Source: Nitrospirota bacterium (GTDB lineage: Bacteria; Nitrospirota; Nitrospiria; Nitrospirales; Nitrospiraceae). Taken from it: 64,000 nucleotides of DNA. Position numbers and translations under genes: made by a program. Shown here piece by piece: positions 20,223 to 30,948 of the stretch. The notes beneath the pieces are model-generated. The model was not told the DNA's origin. It saw only the letters and a program-made list of their open reading frames with translations, and did no database searches. The stretch spans positions 96,001-160,000 of the forward strand of contig CAVPGK010000021.1 of the NCBI GenBank assembly GCA_963703955.1. The letters are read 5' to 3'. Numbering within the stretch: position 1 is the stretch's first letter; each line of letters begins with the position of its first letter.

Positions 20223-22691
20223 ATGGAGGCGTTCGAAAAACTCGGTGTGTTTTATCTCGGCCGTCCTTACGATCTCGCCAAGAAAAAGCTCAAAGCGGGC
20301 TGGCTGCTCTATGACTCCAAGGATCTCGTCACACACGCTGTCTGCGTGGGGATGACTGGAAGCGGGAAAACCGGACTCTGCATCGGCTTGCTCGAAGAGG
20401 CCGCGATCGACGGGATTCCGGCCATCGTGATCGACCCCAAGGGCGATCTGAGCAATCTCTTGTTGACCTTTCCCCAACTCAGAGGGCAGGACTTCAAGCC
20501 CTGGATCAATGAGGACGATGCTCGCAAGAAAGGTCTCTCTCCGGCGGACTATGCGACGCAGCAAGCTGGGTTATGGAAGAAAGGCTTGGGAGACTGGGGA
20601 CAGGACGGTGAGCGCATCGGCCGATTGCGTGACGCGGCTGATTTCGCCATCTATACACCGGGAAGCAATGCCGGCTTTCCGGTCTCGATCCTCAAATCAT
20701 TCGCTGCGCCCGCGCAAGAGATCATCGACGATGCGGAACTGCTGCGCGAACGCGTCGGCACCACGGCCACAAGTTTGCTGGGTCTTCTCGGGATTGATGC
20801 CGACCCCATCAAGAGCCGTGAGCACATCTTGATCTCCACCATTTTCAACTCGGTCTGGTCGCAGAGCCGGGACCTCGACCTGGCCGCCCTCATCCAACAG
20901 ATCCAAACTCCGCCGGTTGCGCGCATCGGGGTCCTCGACCTAGAAGCCTTCTATCCCTCCAAAGACCGGTTTGCCTTGGCGATGCAGCTTAACAACCTGC
21001 TCGCGGCGCCTGGCTTTTCCGCCTGGCTGGAGGGCGAGGGGCTTGATCTGAAGTCCATCTTGCACACGCCGGAGGGCAAACCGCGAATTGCGATCTTTTC
21101 GATCGCCCACTTGAACGACGCCGAGCGCATGTTCTTTGTCTCTCTGCTGTTGAACCAGACTTTGGGCTGGGTCCGCGGCCAATCCGGCACGACAACCCTG
21201 CGGGCGATCCTCTACATGGACGAGATCTTCGGGTATTTTCCGCCGGTCGCCAACCCACCATCCAAAGCTCCGCTGCTGACCTTGCTGAAGCAGGCCCGCG
21301 CGTTCGGGGTCGGCGTCGTGCTGGCGACGCAGAATCCGGTGGACTTAGATTACAAAGGCCTGTCCAATACCGGCACCTGGTTTATCGGACGCCTCCAGAC
21401 CGAACGCGACAAGGCTCGCGTGTTGGACGGGCTGGAAGGCGCGGCAGGAGGCACCGGAAAAAAGTTCGATCGCCAACGCATGGAACAGATCCTGGCCGGA
21501 CTGGGCAATCGGGTCTTTCTCATGAACAATGTCCATGAGGAGGCGCCCGTCGTGTTTCAAACGAGGTGGACCCTGTCCTATCTGCGCGGACCGTTGACCC
21601 GTGCCCAGATCAAAACGCTCATGGACCCACGAAAAGCCGGCAGCTCCAGGACCGAGGGCGGCATGCCGAGGGCTGAGACGCAGCCTTCAGACGGAAGGGC
21701 TCAACCCTTAGTCCTGAGTCCTGAGTCCTCAGCACTGAAGGCTCGCCCTGTCATCCCGCCCGATGTCCCGCAGCATTTTATCCCCATCCGTGGCGTTCGA
21801 CCCTCCGGCACGACCCTTCTCTATCAGCCGATGGTTCTCGGGTCGGCGCAAGTGCGCTTCGCAGACTCCAAGAAGACCATCGACATGACCCAGGACGTGC
21901 AGGCGCTGACGCCGATTGCGAAAGAGGCGGTTCCGGTTGACTGGGACCGGGCGACGGAGGTCAGCCTCCCCGTCTCAGACCTCGAACGGACCCCTGGCGA
22001 GGACGCGCGATTTGCGGAGCTCCCGTCGGTGGCCGGAAAGGCCAAGAGCTACGATCTGTGGAGCAAAGATTTCGCCGGTTGGCTGTTTCGCCATCAAAAA
22101 GTCGAGCTCTTCACGAGTCCCGGCCTGAAGGAAATCTCCAAGCCCGGTGAGTCGGAACGGGATTTTCGCGTCAGACTCCAACAGAAAGCGCGAGAGCGAC
22201 GCGACGAAGCGGCCGAAGACCTTCGGCGAAGGTTTGCCCCGAAATTGGCGGCGCTGCAGGAGCGCAAGCGCCGAGCGGAACAGGCGGTGGAGCGTGAAGC
22301 CGGGCAGGCCAAGCAAAGCCAGATTCAGGCGGCTATTTCGGTCGGGGCGACCCTCCTAGGCGCCTTCATGGGAAGAAAGGCCATCAGCACATCGACGATC
22401 GGGAAAGCTACGACCGCGATCCGGGGAGCCGGTCGGGCCATGAAAGACAGCAAGGATGTCGGGCTGGCCAAAGACACCGTCGCAGCGATCGATCAGCAGA
22501 TCAACGAGCTCGAGACTCAGTTCAAATCCAATGTGGAGGCGCTGGCCGCGGCCGGCGATCCGTTGACGGAAATCCTGGAGACCGTCGCCCTCAAGCCGAA
22601 CAAGACCAATATTGCGGTGAAACTGGTTACCTTAGCCTGGACACCGCATTGGCAGGATGGGAAAGGAAACCTCACGCCGGCGTGGATGTGA
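20223..22691 (+). CDS. HerA/FtsK-like (DUF87-type) P-loop ATPase with C-terminal coiled coil
   Basis: Walker A GMTGSGKT, IDPKGD, Walker B LYMDE, QARAFGVGVVLATQNP; AAGGAG RBS before ATG 20223. Confidence 0.88.
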   Translation: MEAFEKLGVFYLGRPYDLAKKKLKAGWLLYDSKDLVTHAVCVGMTGSGKTGLCIGLLEEAAIDGIPAIVIDPKGDLSNLLLTFPQLRGQDFKPWINEDDARKKGLSPADYATQQAGLWKKGLGDWGQDGERIGRLRDAADFAIYTPGSNAGFPVSILKSFAAPAQEIIDDAELLRERVGTTATSLLGLLGIDADPIKSREHILISTIFNSVWSQSRDLDLAALIQQIQTPPVARIGVLDLEAFYPSKDRFALAMQLNNLLAAPGFSAWLEGEGLDLKSILHTPEGKPRIAIFSIAHLNDAERMFFVSLLLNQTLGWVRGQSGTTTLRAILYMDEIFGYFPPVANPPSKAPLLTLLKQARAFGVGVVLATQNPVDLDYKGLSNTGTWFIGRLQTERDKARVLDGLEGAAGGTGKKFDRQRMEQILAGLGNRVFLMNNVHEEAPVVFQTRWTLSYLRGPLTRAQIKTLMDPRKAGSSRTEGGMPRAETQPSDGRAQPLVLSPESSALKARPVIPPDVPQHFIPIRGVRPSGTTLLYQPMVLGSAQVRFADSKKTIDMTQDVQALTPIAKEAVPVDWDRATEVSLPVSDLERTPGEDARFAELPSVAGKAKSYDLWSKDFAGWLFRHQKVELFTSPGLKEISKPGESERDFRVRLQQKARERRDEAAEDLRRRFAPKLAALQERKRRAEQAVEREAGQAKQSQIQAAISVGATLLGAFMGRKAISTSTIGKATTAIRGAGRAMKDSKDVGLAKDTVAAIDQQINELETQFKSNVEALAAAGDPLTEILETVALKPNKTNIAVKLVTLAWTPHWQDGKGNLTPAWM

Positions 22692-22711
22692 GGTGAGACG
22701 CTGCCTTGTTT

Positions 22712-23974
22712 TCATCGCGCGAACCAACCCGACGCCCCCGTTAGCCAGCCCTGTTGAACGAGCTGACCGGCAGCCCGGAACAGGGTCTCCTGCTGCTGAC
22801 GTCGAATGTTCAGCTCCGTAGGGATGCGAGTTAACGCCATTCCAAGCTCGCCGGCTTTCGGAATGCGGCGCAAGGCTATGTGCCAGAAGCGACAGGTGGG
22901 AGAATTGGGCGAGTCGGGCGAAATATGAAACTCGCTGAAGGCGGTCACATCAATGGCCTCGTGGGTCATACCCATCTTGTGCAATGTCTCTTTGCGCTGC
23001 TGCAGGAGGATGAAGTCCACCGCCGTCGAGGCATTGCGATCGATAATGTAGTCGTCAGGGAAGACACGAATGTCATCCTGCTCATCATCCCAATCGGAGA
23101 AGTTCGGAGTCGCGTCGATGGAGATCAGCACACATCCTTTTGGAAAGGCATAGGTCTTCTCCTGCAGGGATCTTTGGAGGACCTCGCGCAGAGTCAGAAG
23201 GCCGAGGTTGTCCATGACCGCTGCGTCCGACAGATGCAAATAGGGCGCGTGCTGCTTAAGATGGTCCCGGAGCGCGACCGTATGATAGAAGCCGGGCACA
23301 GCCGCTGAGGCAGTGACCGCGACGGACAGCCGATAGGCGCTCAGGTCCGACCCGATCCGTTGAAAGGTTTCATCGGCGAAGACGAATTTTTTGGGGTCTC
23401 CCATTTCGGATGCGTTAATCAGGAGTTTCGGATGCTTCCGGTTGAGGTCGGCAAAGGTCGCGCCATGAAAGAGGTTCGCGTCAAAGACATCGTACATGAT
23501 TTCCGTGCGGGTAAAGTTGGTCAGCCAGTAGCGCAGGATGTTCCAGGGGAAAAACCAGCGTCCCATGTACCGCAACTGGAAATTTGTGATGAGCCGATCT
23601 TTGACCTCGTCCTCGCTAAAGGTGATTGTCCGGTAGCCGGTGAAGGTCGAATACTCGTGCCCTTCGAGCGAAAAGTACGCAGCAGGGAGGGTCCCACCCG
23701 AAACCGATGAGAGGAAATCGACGTCGTCGAGTACGCCAAGCTTTCGGAGTTCCAGGAGTACTGCGGCGCCAAAGTTTGCCGCACGACTGCCGCCCCCTGA
23801 GAGGGCGATGCCGACAAACATCTCATCCCGACGCTCCGTGTCCCCTACCTCGAAATTTGCCTGCGTGACCTTCCCAGTCCCCTTTTCATTCGGATAGGGA
23901 TGCCAGCTTCCCGGGAGAATTGCGCGGGCGCCCCAGAGACTGGCCAGACAGACGACCACAATCAGATTTCGCAT
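22712..23974 (-). CDS. Secreted patatin-like phospholipase
   Basis: Signal peptide; ALSGGGSRAA, SSVSGG nucleophile, HLSDAA (variant of DGG). Confidence 0.85.
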   Translation of the reverse strand: MRNLIVVVCLASLWGARAILPGSWHPYPNEKGTGKVTQANFEVGDTERRDEMFVGIALSGGGSRAANFGAAVLLELRKLGVLDDVDFLSSVSGGTLPAAYFSLEGHEYSTFTGYRTITFSEDEVKDRLITNFQLRYMGRWFFPWNILRYWLTNFTRTEIMYDVFDANLFHGATFADLNRKHPKLLINASEMGDPKKFVFADETFQRIGSDLSAYRLSVAVTASAAVPGFYHTVALRDHLKQHAPYLHLSDAAVMDNLGLLTLREVLQRSLQEKTYAFPKGCVLISIDATPNFSDWDDEQDDIRVFPDDYIIDRNASTAVDFILLQQRKETLHKMGMTHEAIDVTAFSEFHISPDSPNSPTCRFWHIALRRIPKAGELGMALTRIPTELNIRRQQQETLFRAAGQLVQQGWLTGASGWFAR

Positions 23975-25805
23975 GCCGTATTCTCCCTCTCTGCAATGGT
24001 TGGATCACCGACACCGCGCAGGCCCCCTCAGAGCGCTGCGCATCCGTTCGGGGTCAGAATATCAATCACTATGCCGGTTGTGGACTCGTGTCAATGCCGG
24101 CAGGCGACTAAGCGTGGGTTGTTTTCCTCTTTTCTCTTCTCCCGATGATGCCTTAGAATTGATTCCCATACCGGCCGTTGAGGCCGGCCTCACAACAGAG
24201 ACGTGGTCACCCGTGCCGGCTCCCATCGAAGGAAGGAACATCGAATCGCTGAAGGAAAGTTTAGCCACGGTACTTCCGCTGTTCAATGTCGCGCGGGCGC
24301 ACCTCCAGATGGGCCGCAGCTCCTGGCTCTATGACTCCTCTGCTGACGGGTTTATGCACGTCGAAGCGCCTATTCGGTTCCAGGGGACGGTCTTCTCCTT
24401 CCCCGACGGAGCTCTCACCCTAGCCGAGCCTATTGGGTCCAGCACTCGGGAGTTACTGGAAGCCTTTCTTCGGACCGCGGTCGAGACCGCCCGGACCCGT
24501 GACCTGCTGAACACGGTCTTCAAGACAAGCCTGGCCCTTTCTTCAAACCTCAATCTACGGGCGCTGCTCAGGGATCTGATGGCGCTGACAGAAGAGGCGC
24601 TGGGAGCCGAAGCCGGCTCTGTGATGTTGTTGGATCACACCAAGTCCACCCTCTACTGGGAACTGGCCGAGCGCGATCCGGCAGGTGTGCTTGAGAGACG
24701 GTCCTTACCTGTCGGTGAAGGTATCGCAGGAACGGTAGCCAAGACTGGGAATGCCATTATCGTCGCCGACGCACAGCGTGACCCGCGTGTGGCGAAATGG
24801 GTCGGTCAGGCGATCGGCTTCCAGACACGTTCGATCCTGTGTGTCCCGATGCGCTGTAAAGGGGAGGTCATCGGCGTGCTTCAGGTGCTCAACAAGATGA
24901 AGGGGATCTTCGGGAAGCAAGACGAGGAACTGCTGGAGCTGATCGCAGCCGAGGCCGGGGTGGCCGTTGAGAACGCCAGGCTCTATGGCACTCTCGAAGA
25001 GCGGGTTCGTCTCCGCACGGAGGAACTTTCCGCGGCCAACGCACAGTTTAGCCGCACGCTCGATCAGCTCAAGGCGACGCAGACCCACCTCGTCCAATCC
25101 GAAAAAATGGCAGCGCTTGGCAAGCTAGTCGGTGGCATCTCCCATGAGATCAACACTCCCCTCGGCGCAATCACGAGCAATACCAACCTGCTTGACCGTG
25201 GGTTCAAACGACTGACCGGGTCGGTGGACGGCCAAGGGAAAGAGTTACTGACGACCTTGGACCCTCTGCTCCAGACCAACACGGAGGCGTGTCGGCGGAT
25301 CTCCGCTATCGTTAAGAATCTCAAGACTTTTGCCCGCCTCGACGAGGCTGAATGGAAGAGCGCGGATCTTCGGGAGGGAATGGAGACCACGCTCACGCTG
25401 GTCCATCACCTTCACAAGGGTCGCATCGAGATGATCCGGGAGTATGAGGCGATTCCACCTGTGGAATGCCACTCCGGGCAGATCAACCAAGTTTTCATGA
25501 ACTTGCTGGTGAACGCCATTCAAGCCATTGAGGGGGCCGGAAAGATCTGGATCAGGATGGGACTGGATATGTACAGTGTGAAGGTGGAGATTCAAGACAC
25601 AGGGATCGGCATCGCGGACACCCACCTCCCGAAGATCTTCGACCCCGGCTTCACGACAAAGGGTGTCGGCGTCGGCACGGGGTTGGGACTCTCGATCTGT
25701 TACCAAATCATTAACGAGCACCACGGAAGGATCCAGGCCTCGAGTCAGCAAGGAGTGGGAAGCACCTTCACGGTACTCCTACCCATCTCGCTTCGGAAAC
25801 AGTAG
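23973..25805 (+). CDS. GAF-domain sensor histidine kinase (true start probably downstream, ~24100-24350)
   Basis: GEGIAGTVAKTG GAF domain, SHEINTPLG H-box, NLLVNAIQA, DTGIG, FTTKGVGVGTGLGL. Confidence 0.88.
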   Translation: MPYSPSLQWLDHRHRAGPLRALRIRSGSEYQSLCRLWTRVNAGRRLSVGCFPLFSSPDDALELIPIPAVEAGLTTETWSPVPAPIEGRNIESLKESLATVLPLFNVARAHLQMGRSSWLYDSSADGFMHVEAPIRFQGTVFSFPDGALTLAEPIGSSTRELLEAFLRTAVETARTRDLLNTVFKTSLALSSNLNLRALLRDLMALTEEALGAEAGSVMLLDHTKSTLYWELAERDPAGVLERRSLPVGEGIAGTVAKTGNAIIVADAQRDPRVAKWVGQAIGFQTRSILCVPMRCKGEVIGVLQVLNKMKGIFGKQDEELLELIAAEAGVAVENARLYGTLEERVRLRTEELSAANAQFSRTLDQLKATQTHLVQSEKMAALGKLVGGISHEINTPLGAITSNTNLLDRGFKRLTGSVDGQGKELLTTLDPLLQTNTEACRRISAIVKNLKTFARLDEAEWKSADLREGMETTLTLVHHLHKGRIEMIREYEAIPPVECHSGQINQVFMNLLVNAIQAIEGAGKIWIRMGLDMYSVKVEIQDTGIGIADTHLPKIFDPGFTTKGVGVGTGLGLSICYQIINEHHGRIQASSQQGVGSTFTVLLPISLRKQ

Positions 25806-25810
25806 TCCCT

Positions 25811-27307
25811 ATGGGTCGACCCGCGACAGAGTTCTTCGATTACCTCGTCGTCAGTGACCTGCATCTCCAGGAGGTTGATCTGAACCCCACCGGGCGCCTC
25901 TTTTACTTCGACCAGGAGTTCACCGACTTCCTCCGATATTATCGCCAGCGCTACGAGGGAACCCGGCGATGGAGATTGATCATTGCGGGGGACTTCATCG
26001 AGTTCTATCTCAGAGTCCACGAACAACCGAATCCTGACGACAGGTTGCTCAGAGGGGCCACCCTTACTGAGACGGACTTGAAATTCTTTCCCGGCACCGA
26101 ACGGCAGAAATCCGTTTGGAAGCTGGACCGGATTGTCAGGAGCCACCAGTTGCTCTTCATTGCGTTGGCTCGTTTCATCCTCGAAGGGCATGAGATCTAT
26201 GTTCTCAGAGGCAACCACGATCTCGAGTTCTTCTGGCCGGAGGTCCAAACCCACTTCCGCTTATTGCTGACCCAGTTTCATCCTGCGGAGGCAAGCTATT
26301 TGGAAATGAAGAAGGTCGTCGAAGAGCGGATTCACTTCCTTCCCTGGTTCTATCTGGAAAGGGACCTGTTGTTCGTAGAACATGGGCATCAGTACGACGC
26401 GTACTGTTCCAGCGCGCACAATCTCTACCCAGTGCTGCCCCACAATCATCAGGCGCTTGAGTTGGCCCTTTCAGCCTTCGTCCTGCGGTATTTCCACGCG
26501 CGGATCAAGCACATGGAACTGGCGGCGATGGAAAACATCAACTCAATCCCAAAGTCGTTCTGGCACCTGATTCGAGACAATCGGGATCAAATTCTACGGA
26601 TGCCGTTCTATTTGCTGGAGATGGTCGTCCGCATATTGAAAAAGTTCCGGCCGGTCCAGCCGGCTCTGGATCTACCTATACAGGAGATGGAAACGAAGAT
26701 CCGAGAGAGCCTCAAGGCGACCTACGGTCTTTCGGATGAGCATCTGCAGATCATTGAACGGCTTGCGCGACCGCCGGTACTGCTCAGTCGATGGCAGACG
26801 ATCAAGTGCTTCTCTCTGGATCTCCTCATCGCCGGTATCGCTGCCCTGTTGGTCGGCATCGGCCTTTCTCTGACTGCGTCGACCTCGACGTGGAGATGGG
26901 CGCCTGTCGCGGTCTCCTGCCTTGTTGTCCTGGCCCTCGTGTTCCTTGGAAAGGCACGCCTTGCCGCTTTCAACGACCATCGCAACCTGCGGGATATTGC
27001 TCGTACCATCCGCGACACTCTTGCGTGCCGGTTTGTCGTCTTCGGTCATTCTCACGACCCCGATGTGTACCCGCTCTCCGCCTCCAAGGGCCAGTGGTAC
27101 TTTAACGTGGGGACTTGGGCGCCTCGCAGCAAGGAATCGCAGTTCGTATACCTGGAAATCACCGACACGCAGATAAGCCCGTCAGCCCATCTCATGCGAT
27201 GGGACCGGAAGAGCGAACAGCCTCTTGAGTTGGACATGGCGAGTTACGTCAAGGGAAGCGCGGAGAGAGAGGCCATGCTCGCGGGAGAGAGAGCGGGATT
27301 GCGCTAG
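25811..27307 (+). CDS. Calcineurin-like metallophosphoesterase with an internal TM hairpin
   Basis: SDLH, AGDF, GNHD, EHGH, FGHSH motifs; two hydrophobic helices at ~335-380; starts 5 bp after the kinase stop. Confidence 0.85.
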   Translation: MGRPATEFFDYLVVSDLHLQEVDLNPTGRLFYFDQEFTDFLRYYRQRYEGTRRWRLIIAGDFIEFYLRVHEQPNPDDRLLRGATLTETDLKFFPGTERQKSVWKLDRIVRSHQLLFIALARFILEGHEIYVLRGNHDLEFFWPEVQTHFRLLLTQFHPAEASYLEMKKVVEERIHFLPWFYLERDLLFVEHGHQYDAYCSSAHNLYPVLPHNHQALELALSAFVLRYFHARIKHMELAAMENINSIPKSFWHLIRDNRDQILRMPFYLLEMVVRILKKFRPVQPALDLPIQEMETKIRESLKATYGLSDEHLQIIERLARPPVLLSRWQTIKCFSLDLLIAGIAALLVGIGLSLTASTSTWRWAPVAVSCLVVLALVFLGKARLAAFNDHRNLRDIARTIRDTLACRFVVFGHSHDPDVYPLSASKGQWYFNVGTWAPRSKESQFVYLEITDTQISPSAHLMRWDRKSEQPLELDMASYVKGSAEREAMLAGERAGLR

Positions 27308-27534
27308 GAGTCTGTCCGAGTAATCCTTCGTTGCGAGGCGAAGGAGGTGCGGGAAGATGCGAGGCCGCAGGCTCAAAAAGACCGGAGGCGTATTCGCTGG
27401 AATACGTTGAGGATTGTGTCGGGCCGAGAACGACGCAGATGCTTGCAGATCGTTTGCCGCAGTAGAGCGGCATTACTCGGACAGACTCCTAAGCTTGCCG
27501 GGCGAGGTAAAGCTTGGCCCTGCGCGACCGGATG

Positions 27535-28011
27535 CTAGACTCGTTGCTGAAGCTGGCCAAGCTGCCGGTCGAGATAGCGCAGCTTCGCTTCCAGCTCCTG
27601 AACGTATTCCTGTAGCCGATAGATCAACGCCCGCTCGTTCAACCCGCTCTCGATTATCCGAAGAAGATCGTCGTTATTCCACGGCTTTTCGAGGTACTGA
27701 TACAGACGAACTTCGTTGATCGCGCGGACTGCGCTCTCCTTATCGGCATAGCCGGTGAGAACGATCAGGTGGATGGCCGGGTACAGTCTTCGTACCTCCT
27801 TCAGGAACGTGACGCCATCCATATTGGGCATCAAGTAATCCGAAATAGCGAGGTCGATCGAATTGCGGCGGATGGCATCCAAGGCCGCCTGAGGCGTCGT
27901 GAACGTGAGCACCTTGTGGTGGGGCATCTCGAGTGAGAGCAGCGTACGAAGGCTGTTGACGACACTTTCATCGTCGTCAACAATCAGGATCCGTTTCTGG
28001 TTCTCACCCAT
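27535..28011 (-). CDS. Response regulator (REC + coiled coil)
   Basis: ILIVDDD, ISDYLMPNMDG, LTGYAD, YLEKPW. Confidence 0.92.
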   Translation of the reverse strand: MGENQKRILIVDDDESVVNSLRTLLSLEMPHHKVLTFTTPQAALDAIRRNSIDLAISDYLMPNMDGVTFLKEVRRLYPAIHLIVLTGYADKESAVRAINEVRLYQYLEKPWNNDDLLRIIESGLNERALIYRLQEYVQELEAKLRYLDRQLGQLQQRV

Positions 28012-28274
28012 GCTTCATCGCCTCAGAGGTATGGATCGTTCTGAATAAGTAACAAACTCATTGTACGAACAAGTGAGACGGTAATTCAACAGAATTTCCG
28101 GTACTGGATTAGCCCACTATCGAAGTTCCATGCCCCACTGTCCCGGATTCAACTGGGATCCTCCCTCACCTTACTCCCTTGTGCAGTGATCTTGCCCGAA
28201 TGGCGACGGAAAAAGTGAGGACCAAGTCCTGACGCGAGAAGCGATAGGAGGGTCAGACTATGACCCTTGACGAC

Positions 28275-30599
28275 TCACGTCTCACGTGGTCCGGTGGGCA
28301 ATGTAACGTAGAAGCGGCTGCCGTTGCCTTCGCGGCGCTCCACCCAGATGCGGCCGCCGTGCAGTTCCACGAGACTTCTTGCGATGGCGAGCCCCAGTCC
28401 TGCGCCCCGCGTTTCCGACGGGGTCGAGTCGGCTCGGTAGAACTTCTCAAAGACTCTCTCAGCCTCACGGGGCGCAAGGCCGCGTCCCGTGTCCTCCACG
28501 CACATCCTCACCGAATTCGCGTCAGGCCGATCTGATTTGACGATCACTTGGCCGCCACTGGGGGTGAACTTGATCGCATTATGAACCAGATTGCTCAACA
28601 CCTGATGGAGCTTGTCTCTATCCCCCTGAATCGTCGGCAGGTCGCCCTGGTGTTGCATGCTCAGGGCAACGGATTTCTCCTGCGCGATCCTCTGCAGGCT
28701 CTCCACCACCTCCGACACCAGATCCGGAATGGAGACGGGAGTCACGTACATGTCGATCCGACCGGCTTCGATTCTCGAGAGATCCAACAGATCGTTGATC
28801 ATCCTCGTGAGCCTCTCCGTATTGTGATTGACCCGCGTGAGGTACGCGATCTGTTTTTCGGTCAATTCGCCCACGAGGCCGTCGAGCATATTCTCCACAT
28901 AGGCTTTGATCGAGGTCATCGGCGTGCGAAGTTCATGCGACACCGTGGAGACAAACGCCGATTTGAGCTGGTCCAACTCCCGCAGCTTCTCGTTCGCGAT
29001 CTGAAGCTCGCGATTGACCTCTTCAAGCGCCCCGGTTCGCTCACGGACTTTGCTCTCGAGGCTGATGTTGAGCGACTCGATTTGGCGGTAGGCCTCCGCA
29101 TGATCCAACGCAATGGCCAACTGGTTGGCCACCGTGACCATGATATCCAGGTCCTCCTCATTCAGCGCATGCTCTTGTAGCCGATCCACCGTGAGCGTGC
29201 CGATCACCCGATCCTTGACCTTCAGCGGGACGGAGATAAACGATTGCGCGCGGGTGAAGGCCGCCAGTTGCTGCGTGAACGGGTGCAGGTGATCCCACAC
29301 CTCTCGGATATCTTTGACCAATATCGGTGTTCCTCCGATCTGCACTCTTCCTTCAATGCTGTTCGGATCGGTCACGGGGGTTTCGAGCGAACGGGCAAAG
29401 GCCGCCACCTCGGCCGGCGTGCCGATCGATCGAGCGTCATACGAGACCTGCCGGATGGGATCGTAAAACGCGATCATGACTCGATCGTAGTGGAGATTCG
29501 AGTGGATCGTCTCCAGCGCCGTTTGAAGCAAGACCTCACGATCCAGGGTGGAGCTGACGAACACGCCGGTTTGATGAAGCAGCGTCAATTGTCCCACCTT
29601 CCGCTTCAACTCCACCGTGACCTGTTCTTGGACTAAATAGGCTTCACGAAGCTCTTCATGTCTGGCGTCGACGAATTCGAGCTGTTCTTGGATGAGTCGC
29701 TCTCTGACCTTGATGCCCTCGGTGAGCCTCCACCATTCGTTCGCAAGCCATGCGGCCGCCGCGGGAATCAGTGCGATGATCGCGGCTTCCGCAAGACCGG
29801 CGGCGGGGTTCCGAAGCCGCATGTACGCAAACGCCGCTAGCCAGCCCAGACTCGCCGCCACCGGCCCGACGAAGCTGGGGTGGTCTTTTGGAACCCACCT
29901 AAATTCCCATTCACAATACTCCGCACCATCGGCGATACAGGTCCGGTCGATAACGGTGGCCGGTTGAAGGGAATGAACTTGTTGCGGCACCGCCGCCAGA
30001 CCGGCCTTGGACGACTGACAGATCAATTCCGCGCACGCTTTCCGATAGGGACCGAACTGCTGATACACGTGGTCCGTGAATTTCATGCGAAGCACCGCGG
30101 ATCGGTCCGTGATCGCGCCGGCCTCGAAATGAATAGATCCCTTGGCGAACTTCTCGCCGAAGTGCGAAAACATTTTATAGATCTGATGAACCGGAAACGG
30201 GCGACCCAATGTTTGGATAATGGGGGAAATGAACTTCTCTTGTCCGACATGGAACTGGAACAGGGGATCTTTCGAAACCTGCTTGCACAATTCACCGAGG
30301 TAACACACAAATTCATACGAGTAACTGTTCCAGACGTTCTGAAGAAACTTCGGCGTAACATGATGCGCCACATCGCGCTGGCGCTCATTCAACTTCTGGC
30401 ACAATTCTTCGACTGCTTGCCTGCCCGCCTTCGGGCCCCCGGTTCGGCTCACCACCTCTTCGAGGTAGTCCACGTTGGCCCGAACGGTGACACCGCTGAC
30501 ATCGCGGATCTTTTCGCCGCGCGAATTGATCCCGAACGGCGGGTATTCCATATAGGCCCGCTCGAGAATCCGGTGGTCTTTGGAGAGCAACTCTGTCAC
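28275..30599 (-). CDS. Sensor histidine kinase (V4R/H-NOX-like N-terminus, 2 TM, GAF, HisKA, HATPase)
   Basis: CIADGAEYCEWEFRW V4R-like motif; VSHELRTPMTSI; NAIKFT; GAGLGL. Confidence 0.88.
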   Translation of the reverse strand: MTELLSKDHRILERAYMEYPPFGINSRGEKIRDVSGVTVRANVDYLEEVVSRTGGPKAGRQAVEELCQKLNERQRDVAHHVTPKFLQNVWNSYSYEFVCYLGELCKQVSKDPLFQFHVGQEKFISPIIQTLGRPFPVHQIYKMFSHFGEKFAKGSIHFEAGAITDRSAVLRMKFTDHVYQQFGPYRKACAELICQSSKAGLAAVPQQVHSLQPATVIDRTCIADGAEYCEWEFRWVPKDHPSFVGPVAASLGWLAAFAYMRLRNPAAGLAEAAIIALIPAAAAWLANEWWRLTEGIKVRERLIQEQLEFVDARHEELREAYLVQEQVTVELKRKVGQLTLLHQTGVFVSSTLDREVLLQTALETIHSNLHYDRVMIAFYDPIRQVSYDARSIGTPAEVAAFARSLETPVTDPNSIEGRVQIGGTPILVKDIREVWDHLHPFTQQLAAFTRAQSFISVPLKVKDRVIGTLTVDRLQEHALNEEDLDIMVTVANQLAIALDHAEAYRQIESLNISLESKVRERTGALEEVNRELQIANEKLRELDQLKSAFVSTVSHELRTPMTSIKAYVENMLDGLVGELTEKQIAYLTRVNHNTERLTRMINDLLDLSRIEAGRIDMYVTPVSIPDLVSEVVESLQRIAQEKSVALSMQHQGDLPTIQGDRDKLHQVLSNLVHNAIKFTPSGGQVIVKSDRPDANSVRMCVEDTGRGLAPREAERVFEKFYRADSTPSETRGAGLGLAIARSLVELHGGRIWVERREGNGSRFYVTLPTGPRET

Positions 30600-30948
30600 A
30601 GTCGGTTCACAGACCGAGGACGGCGAACGCCGGCGGCCATCGCCACCCTACATACTATTCCAGCTCACAATTGACGACCAAGAGTCCATTCCTTCCCTCG
30701 CTCCGGCGAACGATCGGCGGAAGATCTTGGGCTAGGGTAAATCCGCTATCACTGCCAATTGGACCAGGCCCCTTAGTCAACATATAACTTACGTAGGCGG
30801 CTCAAGACAATCCCTGCGGTCGCAGTATGTTACCACGGTCACCGTGTCGTACAAACAAGGACGACCAACCAACTGGGGATGACACTGGAGTCGGTGCGGG
30901 GAGGATGGTGCGCGAGGGACCGATCTGGCACTGAAAAGGAGACGAGCG

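Noticed and set aside
21709..21737. GTCCTGA heptamer repeats inside the ATPase linker
   Set aside because: Short low-complexity repeat in a variable linker; not a CRISPR or functional array
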